Shown here: one piece after another, positions 10,502 to 21,966 of the stretch
How positions within the stretch are numbered: the stretch's first letter is position 1
Layout: each line of letters opens with the position of its first letter
DNA from: a virus
IMG/VR virus record: IMGVR_UViG_3300020473_002200
Location: 32,001 to 96,000 of that record
Strand: one strand, 5' to 3'
Length of the DNA: 64,000 nt
Translations under genes and position numbers: made by a program
Notes under the pieces: model-generated
Told to the model about the DNA's origin: nothing
The model's database searches: none
The model's input: the letters and a program-made list of their open reading frames with translations, nothing else

Positions 10502-13500
10502 GTGGCAGGAAATAAAAGAATAGGATCTTTGGTGAATGCCCATGCTAGCATTGTCAGTAACGCTAATGCGGATTCTAAAAATAGTTCAAAAGTCCATAAA
10601 GGATTAAAAAAGAAGAAGGCGATGCCAGATGTTAGCATCCCACTCGTTTTCACGTTACCCGATCCAATTATTGTAGAAGTACCATTTAGCGGAGGTGTGA
10701 TCAGCGAAGCTGGAACACGCTCAAATTTCTTATCTAGCCCATCGCAAGATGTGATAGCAGGTGTGTCTGCACATTTCAATTATAACGATAGAGATATTTT
10801 AGAATTCTTAAAGACTAATGAAGGAAAAATATTCCTCCATACCCAAAATACTCGAAGACCCGTTCATATATTGGCTGATTTTGATTATGCGACCCTGAAC
10901 AAGGTTTTAAACCCTCGTGAACCAGATCACAGTGATTCCGGCGCTGCAAGGATGTGGTCAAGAAATGCTAACGCTCGAGCGTGGAGAGATTGGGTATCTA
11001 GTTGTTTAATACTTGAGATGGGATTGGGTCCTGAAAGCGGTTCTGATGAAGGGTTTAGAATAAGAACCATAGCCGAAGACCAAATGACTGTAAGGATGGA
11101 CGGCCAATTTGTCCCATGGACAGGAGTAATAGGGTCAACCCATGGCCTCTTTGGAAATAAAGCCACCAAGCATATATTACATAATCTAATAGACGGTTAT
11201 ACGATGGTTTATTATTTAGAGGATTTTATAAACCAAGTGTTTAGTATGAACCCGTATATAGAGCCCAATATGGCTAGGGGTTATAATTTGATGATGTGGA
11301 TGATGCATTATTTCGATTTAACTTCACTCGGTAGTGTTAACACAACGATGGTCAATACGATCAAAAAAATAGCTAAAAGATTCCACCAAGTTATTGATCC
11401 TGATCATGATGGACAAAACAGGCTACGACATGGTTTTTCTTATTTACCCACCACAAGAAGGGATCCATTATTATTTAGATTACACCACCCAAATGATCAA
11501 CAGGGGTTTATTAAATCTGTTATAGAGTCGACCAGGTTAATAGCTCACTACCTAAATACATCTGAATTTTGCTATAGGAATGCAGACTCGAATGCATCAT
11601 TGGAAGGTGAAAATAACCCAGAGTGGATTGAAGATCAAGATTTTAATCGATATTTCGGTGAAATACGTACGTGGAACACTCTTCATTCCACCGGTGTTAG
11701 AGGCATAGACTACGATATCAGCGGTGACATATACAGAAAGTCGTTTAGGGTTAGAAAGAGGTTACTAGATTCTGTTTATTTGTCCAAGCAAACGAACAAC
11801 AGGGTCTATATTAAGGGGATTAGCTCTATAAATAAAAGTCAATCAAGCGTAATAGACGTCGAGGGTGATTTTGGGTCTCAAGATGATATAGAAAAACTCC
11901 TTGCAAGAGTTCATCGTTTAGATAGCGAGAACATTATCACTATAGCGCCTTATCTCCTTGGCGATTATGTTTCTAGAACTGATGATGGAGAAATCAATCA
12001 TTTTCTGACAATGTCAGATATTTTTACGTTAAAAAAGAAGACTACACTTGATCTTTTTAAGGCGAAAAGAAAGAAAAAAGAAACAGAGTACAATCAATTA
12101 GTGAAAAGTCTTGAGAGATTTACATTTAACCATGGTCCACAACAGCTAAGAGGACTAATGGGAACGCTAAGGAAACAATTTTGTCCAATTACAAAAAATA
12201 GCTCTATAGATGAAAAGCGAGGCTTGTTATTAATAGATCAAAGAAACATCGTCGCTCATCTCACCCGTGGGAAAGCTGCTCAAGCAATAATGTCTGCTGC
12301 GCTAGAAAAGGTTTATAGAACCGCAACAAATTCAGGTCATTCTGAGCCATTTTATAAGATGAAGATCTTAAATAAAAAAGTCACGTCTGAACCGAACACG
12401 CGCCAGCGCGCCGCCTGGGATATCTATGATAACGCTGTGGATGAATCCCAGGCGGGAATAATGATATCTAATGTAAATACAGATAGATCAACTAACATAA
12501 TATCTCGTAGAAATGAGAGAAACGAAACAGCGGTTGTTTCAGGTTTTCTAGATGAGAAAAAAGAGATTTCGGATGATTTAATACATTTATTAAACGCAGC
12601 ATTTACTAAGTCGCTAGACAGTCCATCAAAAAGAGAATTTATGTTTTGGTGTATATTACTTCAGCTTTCTGACGTTTCTTTAGTGGACGAAAACAAGACT
12701 CCATTCTTTATGCAACAACGTGTTGTTGCCAGTGAAGAAATGCAAAAAAAGAAACTGCCCGGTATTGCTGACGTGTTGTTTAATGAATATATAAATAGAT
12801 TAAATGATCATAGTTTTTTTATGGCAGCGCCAGGAAATAAAGTTTCTAACTTTTTTGAGAGGGCAAAAGAGGATCGCCCTGTAGCATTTTCAGTTGCTCC
12901 TTTGTCTAGTAAGGTGATTGTCACAAACTATTTGATCAAAAAAATAAAATCTAAAACCCTGGATACAAGAGCTGGAGGTCCGATAAAAAATGCATTTGAT
13001 GACATAGCTAGCCTACAAGATAAAATTAACAGACTTCCTAATATGATGGATAATGCATATGAAAACTATCGCTCTGTTATATTTGATTTACTTGATAGAG
13101 TAAGTAGGACTGTGCCGGCTGACGGTAACGAGTACGCTCAATCAGCGGCTGAATTTTTTGCAAATCAACCACCGGGTAGATCTGATAGCTGGTCAGCTGT
13201 AATACAAGATTTTGTACATCCCGGCGGCGCTCATCAAGCAACACTTGAAGACGGTGCAGGTGCTTTTACGAATAGGGGCGCAACAGCTTTACAAACCAGT
13301 ATACGTCTTGATGGCGATAGAAATACATATTATTGGGATACTCTAATCAATGGTCAAATAACCGGCATTCGCGGTAGGACTGCCGGCGGCGCCCGCGGAG
13401 CGTCGGGATTTGCGTCAGCTAAAATAAGAGATGGTGAAAGGCTCCACGAGAATTTTAAAAATTCTGCGTTAGAAGGGATAGCAGATCATATATTAAATTT

Positions 13501-16500
13501 TGATAGAAATACAAACATATTAATAATGCTTTCTGAAAATATTTGCGCCCAACTATTCTTTGGGTTCCCTGCAGAAGACTCTGGTTTAATGTTCGATCAA
13601 CAATACTTATCATCTTTTGAGAGAAACGAAGAGGGCATACTCAGATACTTGAATTTAATAGATGATTCAGGAACCATTAGAATGACCCAAGCAGAATTAT
13701 TCGATGTTGTTTGGGAATACTGCGTAATTGCTGATCAGCTTACCCAACAATTGCCAACAGTAAATCTAGAGTTTCAGTTTGATAGATCTACGTTCAGAGA
13801 TCATATAGGGATGGCCCCAGAAATAGACGAAGAATATCATGACTTTGATTCCGTATATTCTCTTCAGCGAAGCACTAGTGAGTATAACGCTTTACTAAGA
13901 TCTTCGCAGCAGGCTAGAAATAGATTAAATACTTATTTGCCACCAGCAATGTTCGAAGGTAGAGACGCAACATCTTCTGCTGCTGGATCAAAGAGCGGTA
14001 GCCACGAAGTTGCGCGTCAGCAAATAACGTTTGGTGGAACAACAGAGGCCGAAGCACTACAAAGAAAGCAGACTCTTGTAAATGATGTATTTGATCTTGC
14101 TGCACGAGCTGCTATATTTTTCCATTATGCTGAAAAAGAAATAGCCAAAGAACCAGAGTTCAGCTTAATTTTAAAAAAGGAAAATAACGATAGTACGAAT
14201 GTATATACACAGTTGTCGGCAAATCTAAGATTAGGATTTTTAGATCATATTACTATTGATAGCGATTTTTCACGACATGCAATGAAATTTATGAAAGATG
14301 CTAATCCGAATAGTCATACTAGGAATGATCCTCGTCGAGCTCCTTATCTTCTTGCACCAGCTACAATAGATAAGTACGTAGGCTTAAAAACCTCTCAATT
14401 TAAATTTGACTTGACCGATAACCTTATGGGTCGTATAGGTGATGAGAACTTTAATTTCTCTGTTATTTCTGCTGAAAATGAGCCTGACGAAAATTTAGTG
14501 CCTTTTTCAAGCCGCGCTAGAGTTGTTTATCACCCCGACTATAAAGTAGATGAAGTGGCTATTCATGAAAGTCAGTGGGGCATAGATGAAGTAGAGCTTT
14601 TTACAAGTTTAGAAATTAACCCAAGATCATGCTTTGGGTTTGTATATAATCTAGGTGTAAATCAAGCAAATAATACTGCTGTAGATAGTCAACATTTTAA
14701 TTCCAACTTTGCGATTAATAACGCTGGCATATTGGAAAATGAACAACGTCGTGGCGATAATCTCCTTAATCGATTTGAGGGTCAAGGAGCTAGATTTTCA
14801 AACCAAGCGAATCCTATAGCTGCTGATGCAACAATGACATCTGGGTTTGGTTTTGATTATTTAAATGAATATTATTCTAAGCGCCTAGGTCTCACACCGC
14901 CAGCTATTTACACAAAGCTGTTGCAAAAAATTAAAGATCTACCAAACGCAATAGAGGAGATTAAGGGGACTACGTCAGTCACAGAATATAATAGGGTTGT
15001 TCATCAAACTCATGTTAATACTGCTGAGTTTAAAATACGCCAGCTTGAAGAGCCGGTAGAAAAAACAAGAACAAAAATTGTCGTAGAGTTTGCTGTTAAA
15101 AAACAGACTTATCAATTTGTGAAGGCTTTTCAAGTTGAGCCAAACGTTCCGTTAAGGGTGGGTGAACCATGGGACGGCCAAATTTATGGCTCCATTACAG
15201 CTGTTAGGCCCTATAACGCCCAATATGGAAGCTGGAGGTCACCTAGGCAATTATTTGCTCAATTAGCTGATACAGCTGCTACATTTCTTGACGCCGGTGA
15301 CGTCCTCACCTTTAACGAAATGTACACTTATCCTGAAGAGACAAGGCTCGGTATTGTTATACGACAAGGTGCCCCAGCCTCAGTCGACTTAAACTCTCTT
15401 GGGAACTATGTGAGAGGCCGAACTTATGGACCGATTCCTGTTGAGGGACATCCCTATGAAGACATATACGGTAAACATAATTTTTATTGGCATATGAAAA
15501 TGTTGTGTGCCACTTTAGGTAATAGTAGCGTTTTCGGGACAGATTCAAGCCACGATCCGTGGATAACCGATGATCACACCAATTCAACGACAAGGGCCAG
15601 CACCACCTTACAACACACTCAGATTGTAGATAATGGTTTACGACCGGGTGTAGAATATGATACTCTAGTTGCGAGGGCTAGGCGCTATTCAGCTGTTGAT
15701 GGAGAAGTAACTCTAGGTTCCACCTTGTGGAAATTTATGACTAATGGGACGCATGCGAAAAAATACCTGGGTCGAGCCAGCTCTATAAATCCCGAGGGCT
15801 ATGATGGTAATTTTTGGCAAGATTATTGGAGATGGGTTAGTACCGCACCGACGCCGTTAATCCTTCGCGCAACTACAAGAACTTACCCTGACGACGTTCA
15901 TCCAGTTGCTTACTATCCCTCAGAAACTCCAACTGAGGCCGCTCAAACGATCTTTAGCACCCGTCTTCATGGCGAGCCTTATTTTTTCAAGGATAATGTA
16001 AAAAATAAGTGGTCATCGCTTTGGGAAGGTTCTCAAAATTTTCACTTTCATTATCCAGAATTTCATACTACAAATAAGATACTCGGCACTATAGGTCAAG
16101 CAGCAGATCCAAAGATCAGAGTAGAGTTTTATTTGGCTAAAAACGGAAACGGGGAATGGTCACATTTCTCTACAACACCAATTTATAATGATGAAACAAA
16201 CCACCCAACTGCACGTCCTATTTCTAGATTAAGGGAGGGAGGTCATGATGCGTACCAGGCGATTTGCCTTCGACCCGACATAGTAGCCAAATTATTTTAT
16301 AGATTTGTTGGTGGCTTTGATCCACGATATTATGGCCCATACGTACCAGGCCAGGGCTTGGTGGGCGATCAATTAATAGATGGATATAACGTAAATGATA
16401 CGTTACCCTTTATCGAGATGGTTCCTTGGGGATCTTATCTCCAAGATGCCCTTACCCGCAACAATCTAAATGTTGGCCGACAAGATTTTATTTCTAAAGA

Positions 16501-18760
16501 TAATCCTTATGAAAGAGAGATCACAACAGAGGAAATGCTGGGGATTACTACTCGTGATTTGGATCAACATTTTAGAGCTAAGTCTGAAAAAGTAACAGAA
16601 GCCACTCGGCCTTACGCAATACAGTACCTTGATAGCGTCCGCTGGGCCATAGAAACGTATATTAGCGAAAATGTTGAATTAAGTGCAGACAAACAAAAAT
16701 GGTTAAGAAAAGTTATTGGCTATATGCCTTATTTTTATGAGTGGTCTATTGAGTACCCTTCTCTAGATCTTAAAATATACGTTGAGTCTGAAAAGATTGT
16801 AATTCCACCAGATGTGTATATAGATTTCAATTGGGATCTACTAAAAGCAAGAACAAATAGCTTTGCTGGACAACGTGCGTATGGTAGCGCGACCCGAAGT
16901 TACGAAGCACAGTACAGGGATGAAACAATAAGCAGGGTCTATAAATTAGAAAAAGAGTATCTTCAATTTCTTTATTCAATGTACGACTATGCAGATCTTA
17001 CATCTAGTACTTTTACGGCTGGTATGACATTATATGAAGACGTTGTCAACAGATTTTCCGCTGTTCCCAATGAGGCCGATGGTAATCACAAAAACGCAAT
17101 AATCAGATCTGATAATAAGTATATTTTAGATGAAATAGGTAAGTTTGTAGAGGGTAATGGTATAGTTGATGTAACACCAGATGTTATAGCTAACCTAGAC
17201 TCTATATATCGACTATATTTAGAACAATATGAATCTAGTTATGCTAGTGATCCGGAACGTCATAAGGCTCGTGGATTAAAGATATTGCCGCTGGTCTCAA
17301 CCCATACTCCATTTAAGATATCACCTTATGATATAAGAACCCCAACACAATTACGAAATCGTAATTCAAATAGCGATAACGATTCAATTGCCAATGAACT
17401 AACTAAGTGGAAGTACTATGAAGATAATCTGGTGATACCAAGGGGCGGCCCAGCATTCGAAGATGCAAAAACGCGAGTATGCTTTATAGGTATAGAGGCT
17501 GGCGAGCTCCATAAGATTTTGCACTCACCATCTCAAAACTACGGCGGCAAAAATAGGACTGAAGGAACATTCCGCCAAGCAATATACGATCCAAACAATA
17601 ACACCGAGAGAAACTTGGCTCTTAGTAATAAGACCGAAAAATTTCAAGTTAAACTAGAGTTATTCGATTTCTTTCGACCGTGGTTAAGGTTTAAAAACAC
17701 AAATAAAATTATAGTGAGTAGAGCGAAACCGTATAGAGTGCTTAGGCCACTAGAGTTTTCAGTGGGCTCTACGGGCTCACGAGCTGGTAATCTTCACGAA
17801 GATCATCTATGCTCACCTATAATCGATAATCTTTTAAAAGAACAGTATTGGAGAGAACCTGTTGCGGAAGAGTTGACAGTTACTAGTAATCAAGGAAAAA
17901 AACTTAGCGGCGGCTCAACTCACCTAAGGGGTTATGATATAATAGATATATTCTTAAAGGCGTACGCGAGTAACGTCCTTGGTCTAGATTTCTTTTCATT
18001 TATGATCCCAAGCTTAGGGACGACACCCCCTATTGCTGATTATCAACCAGATTTATCGAACCAAGGACAATTACCAGAAGAAAGAAATTATCAAGAATAT
18101 CTAAACGAATATGCTGGTAAATTGATTACATTAATTCAAAACGCAGATGCTGGATCAGATTTTACTTCGATTAATCATTTATTGAAGTATTTTCTAGATA
18201 GAAAGAACCTTAGAGCCCAAACAGGGCAAGACATGATTCGACATTTTGATAATGTCGGTAGAGTAACGCTGATTCCTGGTGACGCTTTATCATTTGGATT
18301 ACTGGAGAAAAATGCTGTTGACACCAGTGATCCTGAGCACCCGAAGTTATATCCTTTTAGGTTTTCTAAGCCTATTACAAAAAAGAGCTTAGTCGCTTCT
18401 GAAATATTAACTGCCGTGAATGAATACACCATAAATCCAATGAAGGAATTTAGGGATGGGTTTGCATTTGATAGGGTGGTCGGGATACCTTACAAGTTAA
18501 GCGATTTCAAATTAACAGATACATGTAGAGATAATTTAAATGGAGAAGAAATAGATATTAGTCAACTAAAGGGTTCTGCTAAGAATCGCAAGGTTTATAA
18601 CGACGGTGATGCTGGCTGGAAACTAACAGAAGAATATTATAATGAATTATTAAAGAGCCTAACATATTTAGACAAGGATAAAAATGACGGAACTGTTTTA
18701 GATAATTCTCTTTATCCTTTGACTTTAAGGGCAACGATTTGCCGAATAGAAGAGGATTAA
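10502..18760 (+). CDS. Giant hypothetical protein, 2752 aa
   Basis: Uninterrupted 8.3 kb ORF, AGGAG RBS 6 nt before GTG, abutting the upstream stop; no recognisable catalytic motif. Confidence 0.8.
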   Translation: MAGNKRIGSLVNAHASIVSNANADSKNSSKVHKGLKKKKAMPDVSIPLVFTLPDPIIVEVPFSGGVISEAGTRSNFLSSPSQDVIAGVSAHFNYNDRDILEFLKTNEGKIFLHTQNTRRPVHILADFDYATLNKVLNPREPDHSDSGAARMWSRNANARAWRDWVSSCLILEMGLGPESGSDEGFRIRTIAEDQMTVRMDGQFVPWTGVIGSTHGLFGNKATKHILHNLIDGYTMVYYLEDFINQVFSMNPYIEPNMARGYNLMMWMMHYFDLTSLGSVNTTMVNTIKKIAKRFHQVIDPDHDGQNRLRHGFSYLPTTRRDPLLFRLHHPNDQQGFIKSVIESTRLIAHYLNTSEFCYRNADSNASLEGENNPEWIEDQDFNRYFGEIRTWNTLHSTGVRGIDYDISGDIYRKSFRVRKRLLDSVYLSKQTNNRVYIKGISSINKSQSSVIDVEGDFGSQDDIEKLLARVHRLDSENIITIAPYLLGDYVSRTDDGEINHFLTMSDIFTLKKKTTLDLFKAKRKKKETEYNQLVKSLERFTFNHGPQQLRGLMGTLRKQFCPITKNSSIDEKRGLLLIDQRNIVAHLTRGKAAQAIMSAALEKVYRTATNSGHSEPFYKMKILNKKVTSEPNTRQRAAWDIYDNAVDESQAGIMISNVNTDRSTNIISRRNERNETAVVSGFLDEKKEISDDLIHLLNAAFTKSLDSPSKREFMFWCILLQLSDVSLVDENKTPFFMQQRVVASEEMQKKKLPGIADVLFNEYINRLNDHSFFMAAPGNKVSNFFERAKEDRPVAFSVAPLSSKVIVTNYLIKKIKSKTLDTRAGGPIKNAFDDIASLQDKINRLPNMMDNAYENYRSVIFDLLDRVSRTVPADGNEYAQSAAEFFANQPPGRSDSWSAVIQDFVHPGGAHQATLEDGAGAFTNRGATALQTSIRLDGDRNTYYWDTLINGQITGIRGRTAGGARGASGFASAKIRDGERLHENFKNSALEGIADHILNFDRNTNILIMLSENICAQLFFGFPAEDSGLMFDQQYLSSFERNEEGILRYLNLIDDSGTIRMTQAELFDVVWEYCVIADQLTQQLPTVNLEFQFDRSTFRDHIGMAPEIDEEYHDFDSVYSLQRSTSEYNALLRSSQQARNRLNTYLPPAMFEGRDATSSAAGSKSGSHEVARQQITFGGTTEAEALQRKQTLVNDVFDLAARAAIFFHYAEKEIAKEPEFSLILKKENNDSTNVYTQLSANLRLGFLDHITIDSDFSRHAMKFMKDANPNSHTRNDPRRAPYLLAPATIDKYVGLKTSQFKFDLTDNLMGRIGDENFNFSVISAENEPDENLVPFSSRARVVYHPDYKVDEVAIHESQWGIDEVELFTSLEINPRSCFGFVYNLGVNQANNTAVDSQHFNSNFAINNAGILENEQRRGDNLLNRFEGQGARFSNQANPIAADATMTSGFGFDYLNEYYSKRLGLTPPAIYTKLLQKIKDLPNAIEEIKGTTSVTEYNRVVHQTHVNTAEFKIRQLEEPVEKTRTKIVVEFAVKKQTYQFVKAFQVEPNVPLRVGEPWDGQIYGSITAVRPYNAQYGSWRSPRQLFAQLADTAATFLDAGDVLTFNEMYTYPEETRLGIVIRQGAPASVDLNSLGNYVRGRTYGPIPVEGHPYEDIYGKHNFYWHMKMLCATLGNSSVFGTDSSHDPWITDDHTNSTTRASTTLQHTQIVDNGLRPGVEYDTLVARARRYSAVDGEVTLGSTLWKFMTNGTHAKKYLGRASSINPEGYDGNFWQDYWRWVSTAPTPLILRATTRTYPDDVHPVAYYPSETPTEAAQTIFSTRLHGEPYFFKDNVKNKWSSLWEGSQNFHFHYPEFHTTNKILGTIGQAADPKIRVEFYLAKNGNGEWSHFSTTPIYNDETNHPTARPISRLREGGHDAYQAICLRPDIVAKLFYRFVGGFDPRYYGPYVPGQGLVGDQLIDGYNVNDTLPFIEMVPWGSYLQDALTRNNLNVGRQDFISKDNPYEREITTEEMLGITTRDLDQHFRAKSEKVTEATRPYAIQYLDSVRWAIETYISENVELSADKQKWLRKVIGYMPYFYEWSIEYPSLDLKIYVESEKIVIPPDVYIDFNWDLLKARTNSFAGQRAYGSATRSYEAQYRDETISRVYKLEKEYLQFLYSMYDYADLTSSTFTAGMTLYEDVVNRFSAVPNEADGNHKNAIIRSDNKYILDEIGKFVEGNGIVDVTPDVIANLDSIYRLYLEQYESSYASDPERHKARGLKILPLVSTHTPFKISPYDIRTPTQLRNRNSNSDNDSIANELTKWKYYEDNLVIPRGGPAFEDAKTRVCFIGIEAGELHKILHSPSQNYGGKNRTEGTFRQAIYDPNNNTERNLALSNKTEKFQVKLELFDFFRPWLRFKNTNKIIVSRAKPYRVLRPLEFSVGSTGSRAGNLHEDHLCSPIIDNLLKEQYWREPVAEELTVTSNQGKKLSGGSTHLRGYDIIDIFLKAYASNVLGLDFFSFMIPSLGTTPPIADYQPDLSNQGQLPEERNYQEYLNEYAGKLITLIQNADAGSDFTSINHLLKYFLDRKNLRAQTGQDMIRHFDNVGRVTLIPGDALSFGLLEKNAVDTSDPEHPKLYPFRFSKPITKKSLVASEILTAVNEYTINPMKEFRDGFAFDRVVGIPYKLSDFKLTDTCRDNLNGEEIDISQLKGSAKNRKVYNDGDAGWKLTEEYYNELLKSLTYLDKDKNDGTVLDNSLYPLTLRATICRIEED

Positions 18761-18763
18761 ATA

Positions 18764-21076
18764 ATGGCGAAAAAGGAAGATATCAAATATAGTTTTGACG
18801 GTATTTCTGCAAAGTTTTCGAAAGCAGTAGTAATTGCAATTTCAAAGCCCCCTAAGTGGAGATCACCGCTCAGCTCTGATGGTACAAATGACGAATTATT
18901 TGACGTAAAAAATTTAAATTTTGAAAATGTCTTTGTGTATAATTTCTATACTCAAGATGAAAGAACAAAGTATAATTTTAGGAATTCAACATTTAATGAA
19001 AGCCCAGATGGCTTGGTCGATAATATTTTGGTCGATAAGACAATTAGAGACATTACTGGTAAAAAGATTAGGGGTAGATCTCACATTTCTGAAGTGACTA
19101 GTAATATGATACCTTCCTACATAAGACTTTCGTGGGAGCCGCCTCCTGGATTTACCCATAATAGTAGGATTGCAGACAAATCTAGAATAGATGCCTTTAA
19201 GTATCTGGCTGGGTTATCTAGGGCACCAAAGGGCCAGACATATGAAATAGACCCTGTTTCTAGAGAAAATTTTGAATTACAACAACAGGACTATGTGCGA
19301 GCAACGAACGAGTATCTGGATATGTTCAGCTTTGATCCGGATGGATCATCTGTGAATAATTGGTTCGCAGAAGAAATAGACTCTACTCATTTCCAGAGAA
19401 GGATGGATTTTTTATATCAGGAAATTGTTAGCCCAGAAAAACATTATAAGAATTTTTCTGGACCTGGGGTCGGTACTGGCGAAGATCCCAATATAGGTGA
19501 AAACATACTAGACAGTACAGCTGATGAATTCAATAATACATCGATGGCGGAAGAACACTCTGTAGTGCAAGTGTACGATAGTGCTCTATTAGAAGATCTA
19601 AACTTTCCTTCTTGGGATAGGGCTTTGCCAGAGGACACAACTATAGTATTAAATACAGATTGGGCGTGGTCAATCGCTGGTGCTTCATCTAAAGCTTCTG
19701 GAATGCTGCTGGGGATGCAGACAAGGGTTAGAAATATAAAGTATTGGCAAGAAGTCTTGATTAAGTCTGGGACAGGTAAAATTGCACAGGTAGATTTTGA
19801 TAATATACTAAAACCAACCGGTAGAGCCGCTGGGCCGCTTGAGCAAATAGTTGAAAATTCATTTCCATATGACATAGAGGATTTAAATAGGCATGCCGGC
19901 CAAACTGATTTAGATTTTAAGCTCGTTGGTTTTGTGATAGAGAAAACGCAACGCGTAGAAACTGAGAAGACTGAGAGAAAGCCCGAAGGTGAGCAAGACG
20001 AAGTGCAGTGGGCATACGAAAAGTTCCCATTAATTTTTGTACCTTGTAACCCAAATAACATAGTGACTAGTCATATAGACGCAGCAGTTAATTATGATAA
20101 AGAGTATGACTATACAATCAGGGCGGTTTTTTCTTTTAGTTTGAACGTTCCTGTTGAGGTTGATGGAGCTATTAAGAATTTAACATTTCATTATTTTTTA
20201 AATTCTCCACATTCAACAATCCTAACAGTAGAGACACGAGAAGTTCAACCTCCTCCTTATCCTCGCGATGTTTGGGCTTTTCATGAATACTATACTGGCG
20301 ACGATGGTGCTCTAGCTCTACACTGGGCATTTCCCGTTAATAAGCAAAGAGATGTAACATACTTTGCAGTCTTTCGTAGAAGCTCGATATACGAGCCATT
20401 TCGACTATTACGAGTATACGATTTTAATTACTCTATCTCTAGTCCAGAGCAAAGTGCGGCAGAAATAAAAGCAAGAATATACGGGCATTCTCCTGGAGAC
20501 TTTAATTTTTTTAATGAAGGTGAAAACGACACGAGGGGAAAAATAAAGCGCCTTCGGCCAGGCGAAGTTAACACCATGTTCAAAGACAAGGAATTTAAAC
20601 CAAACACAGACTATATATACGCTGTTTGTGCAATAGACGCTCACGGTCAAATGTCAAACTATAGCGCTCAACTTAAGGTTCGTTTAGACAGTAGGTTATA
20701 CAAATTAGACATAAGACAGATATCACCTCCTGGTGCACCGCTGGTATTACCTAACTTTTTTATAAAGACAAAGGCATTTGAGGATGTTGCGAGGACAGCG
20801 AATTATAGGAAAGCGACATTGCGTTTTCGTCCTGATTATAAGTCTGTGAAGGTCAATAACGCTGTTAAGAAATTAGTTCATGGAATTGATGAAAGACCAG
20901 ACGCAGGTGGGGATGAATCTAATTGTTATTTTTTGCAAATAATAAATCCTGATCGCGCAAATGATATCGTACTAAGATATCAAATTAATGATAAGCTAGA
21001 ATTAGAAAATGATGAAGAAACGCTGGCCGTTGTAGCACACTTGGCTGGCCTACCAAAGAACAATTTAAAGACTTAA
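18764..21076 (+). CDS. Virion protein with fibronectin type III-like domains, 770 aa
   Basis: PPPYPRDV...LALHWAFP...YFAVFRRS...FKDKEFKPNTDYIYAVCAIDAHGQMS and IRLSWEPP...GFVIEK...HIDAAVNYDKEYDYTIRAV are FN3-like signatures. Confidence 0.55.
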   Translation: MAKKEDIKYSFDGISAKFSKAVVIAISKPPKWRSPLSSDGTNDELFDVKNLNFENVFVYNFYTQDERTKYNFRNSTFNESPDGLVDNILVDKTIRDITGKKIRGRSHISEVTSNMIPSYIRLSWEPPPGFTHNSRIADKSRIDAFKYLAGLSRAPKGQTYEIDPVSRENFELQQQDYVRATNEYLDMFSFDPDGSSVNNWFAEEIDSTHFQRRMDFLYQEIVSPEKHYKNFSGPGVGTGEDPNIGENILDSTADEFNNTSMAEEHSVVQVYDSALLEDLNFPSWDRALPEDTTIVLNTDWAWSIAGASSKASGMLLGMQTRVRNIKYWQEVLIKSGTGKIAQVDFDNILKPTGRAAGPLEQIVENSFPYDIEDLNRHAGQTDLDFKLVGFVIEKTQRVETEKTERKPEGEQDEVQWAYEKFPLIFVPCNPNNIVTSHIDAAVNYDKEYDYTIRAVFSFSLNVPVEVDGAIKNLTFHYFLNSPHSTILTVETREVQPPPYPRDVWAFHEYYTGDDGALALHWAFPVNKQRDVTYFAVFRRSSIYEPFRLLRVYDFNYSISSPEQSAAEIKARIYGHSPGDFNFFNEGENDTRGKIKRLRPGEVNTMFKDKEFKPNTDYIYAVCAIDAHGQMSNYSAQLKVRLDSRLYKLDIRQISPPGAPLVLPNFFIKTKAFEDVARTANYRKATLRFRPDYKSVKVNNAVKKLVHGIDERPDAGGDESNCYFLQIINPDRANDIVLRYQINDKLELENDEETLAVVAHLAGLPKNNLKT

Positions 21077-21160
21077 TTTTGGTTCTATGGGGTGGTACAT
21101 TAAAATTTTACTGTTTTTTGTGCCTAAGTATATTTAGAAAGTATAAATCAGGAGAAAAAT

Positions 21161-21922
21161 ATGGGATTTTTAGATCACAGCACCAACAATATTATAGTAG
21201 ATGCTGTTTTAACTGATTTGGGCAGAAAGAGGCTATCACAAAACGATGGTTCATTTTCAATTGTAAAATTTGCCTTAGGTGATGATGAAATTGACTATGA
21301 GATAATCAAAAAGTTTGGGTTGACAGTTGGGCGTGAAAAGATTGAGAAAAATACGCCTATTTTTGAAGCACAAACCAGTTCAAATTTAGGGTTAAAATAT
21401 AAATTGCTGAGTATGTCAAGTCAGGTCGAGACATTTATCCCTAGTCTTGTAAACACCGGTGCGAGTAATGCAACGTCGACAGTCTTTACGGGCGCTAGCG
21501 CATTAACAAGAACACCTATGAATGAAATTGTTGTAAATCTATCTCAAACAATAGGTTCTGGTGGAGATATACAAGGCGGCTCTATTCCGATTGATTTACA
21601 AGAATCTGTTTTTATGATAAAGGCCTCAAATAGATTTCTGACAGTAGGGACAGGTGCGGGTGTATTACCAGCAGCTTATATTTCTGAAAGAGATCAGATG
21701 AGTACCTATAGGGTTTCAGCGAATGTTTCACGCGCCACCGGAGACAGTAGCAATTCTGCTACTCCGGGTCTATCAATTACACTTCGAGCCAAGACCAGTT
21801 TGAATCAGACTGTGTTTAATACGTTCGGTGATTCAGAGGGCGTAATAACGACTGTTGTAGTAGTCACAGGGTTGTTAACTGGAATTCAGCACCATATTAC
21901 CGTACCCTTAAAGTATAGTTAA
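21161..21922 (+). CDS. Conserved baseplate/tail-collar-like structural protein
   Basis: MGFLD...DAVLTDLGRKRLS...IVKFALGDDEIDY resembles the N-terminus of tail-collar-fibre (DUF3751)-type proteins; AGGAG RBS. Confidence 0.55.
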   Translation: MGFLDHSTNNIIVDAVLTDLGRKRLSQNDGSFSIVKFALGDDEIDYEIIKKFGLTVGREKIEKNTPIFEAQTSSNLGLKYKLLSMSSQVETFIPSLVNTGASNATSTVFTGASALTRTPMNEIVVNLSQTIGSGGDIQGGSIPIDLQESVFMIKASNRFLTVGTGAGVLPAAYISERDQMSTYRVSANVSRATGDSSNSATPGLSITLRAKTSLNQTVFNTFGDSEGVITTVVVVTGLLTGIQHHITVPLKYS

Positions 21923-21966
21923 TGATGTGCACAGTTTATAGTTTTAAGTTTTAGGGGATTATTTAA

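Noticed and set aside
10502-18760. Giant ORF as a virion RNA polymerase
   Set aside because: I found no NADFDGD/DxDGD or single-subunit RNAP motif; size alone is not evidence.
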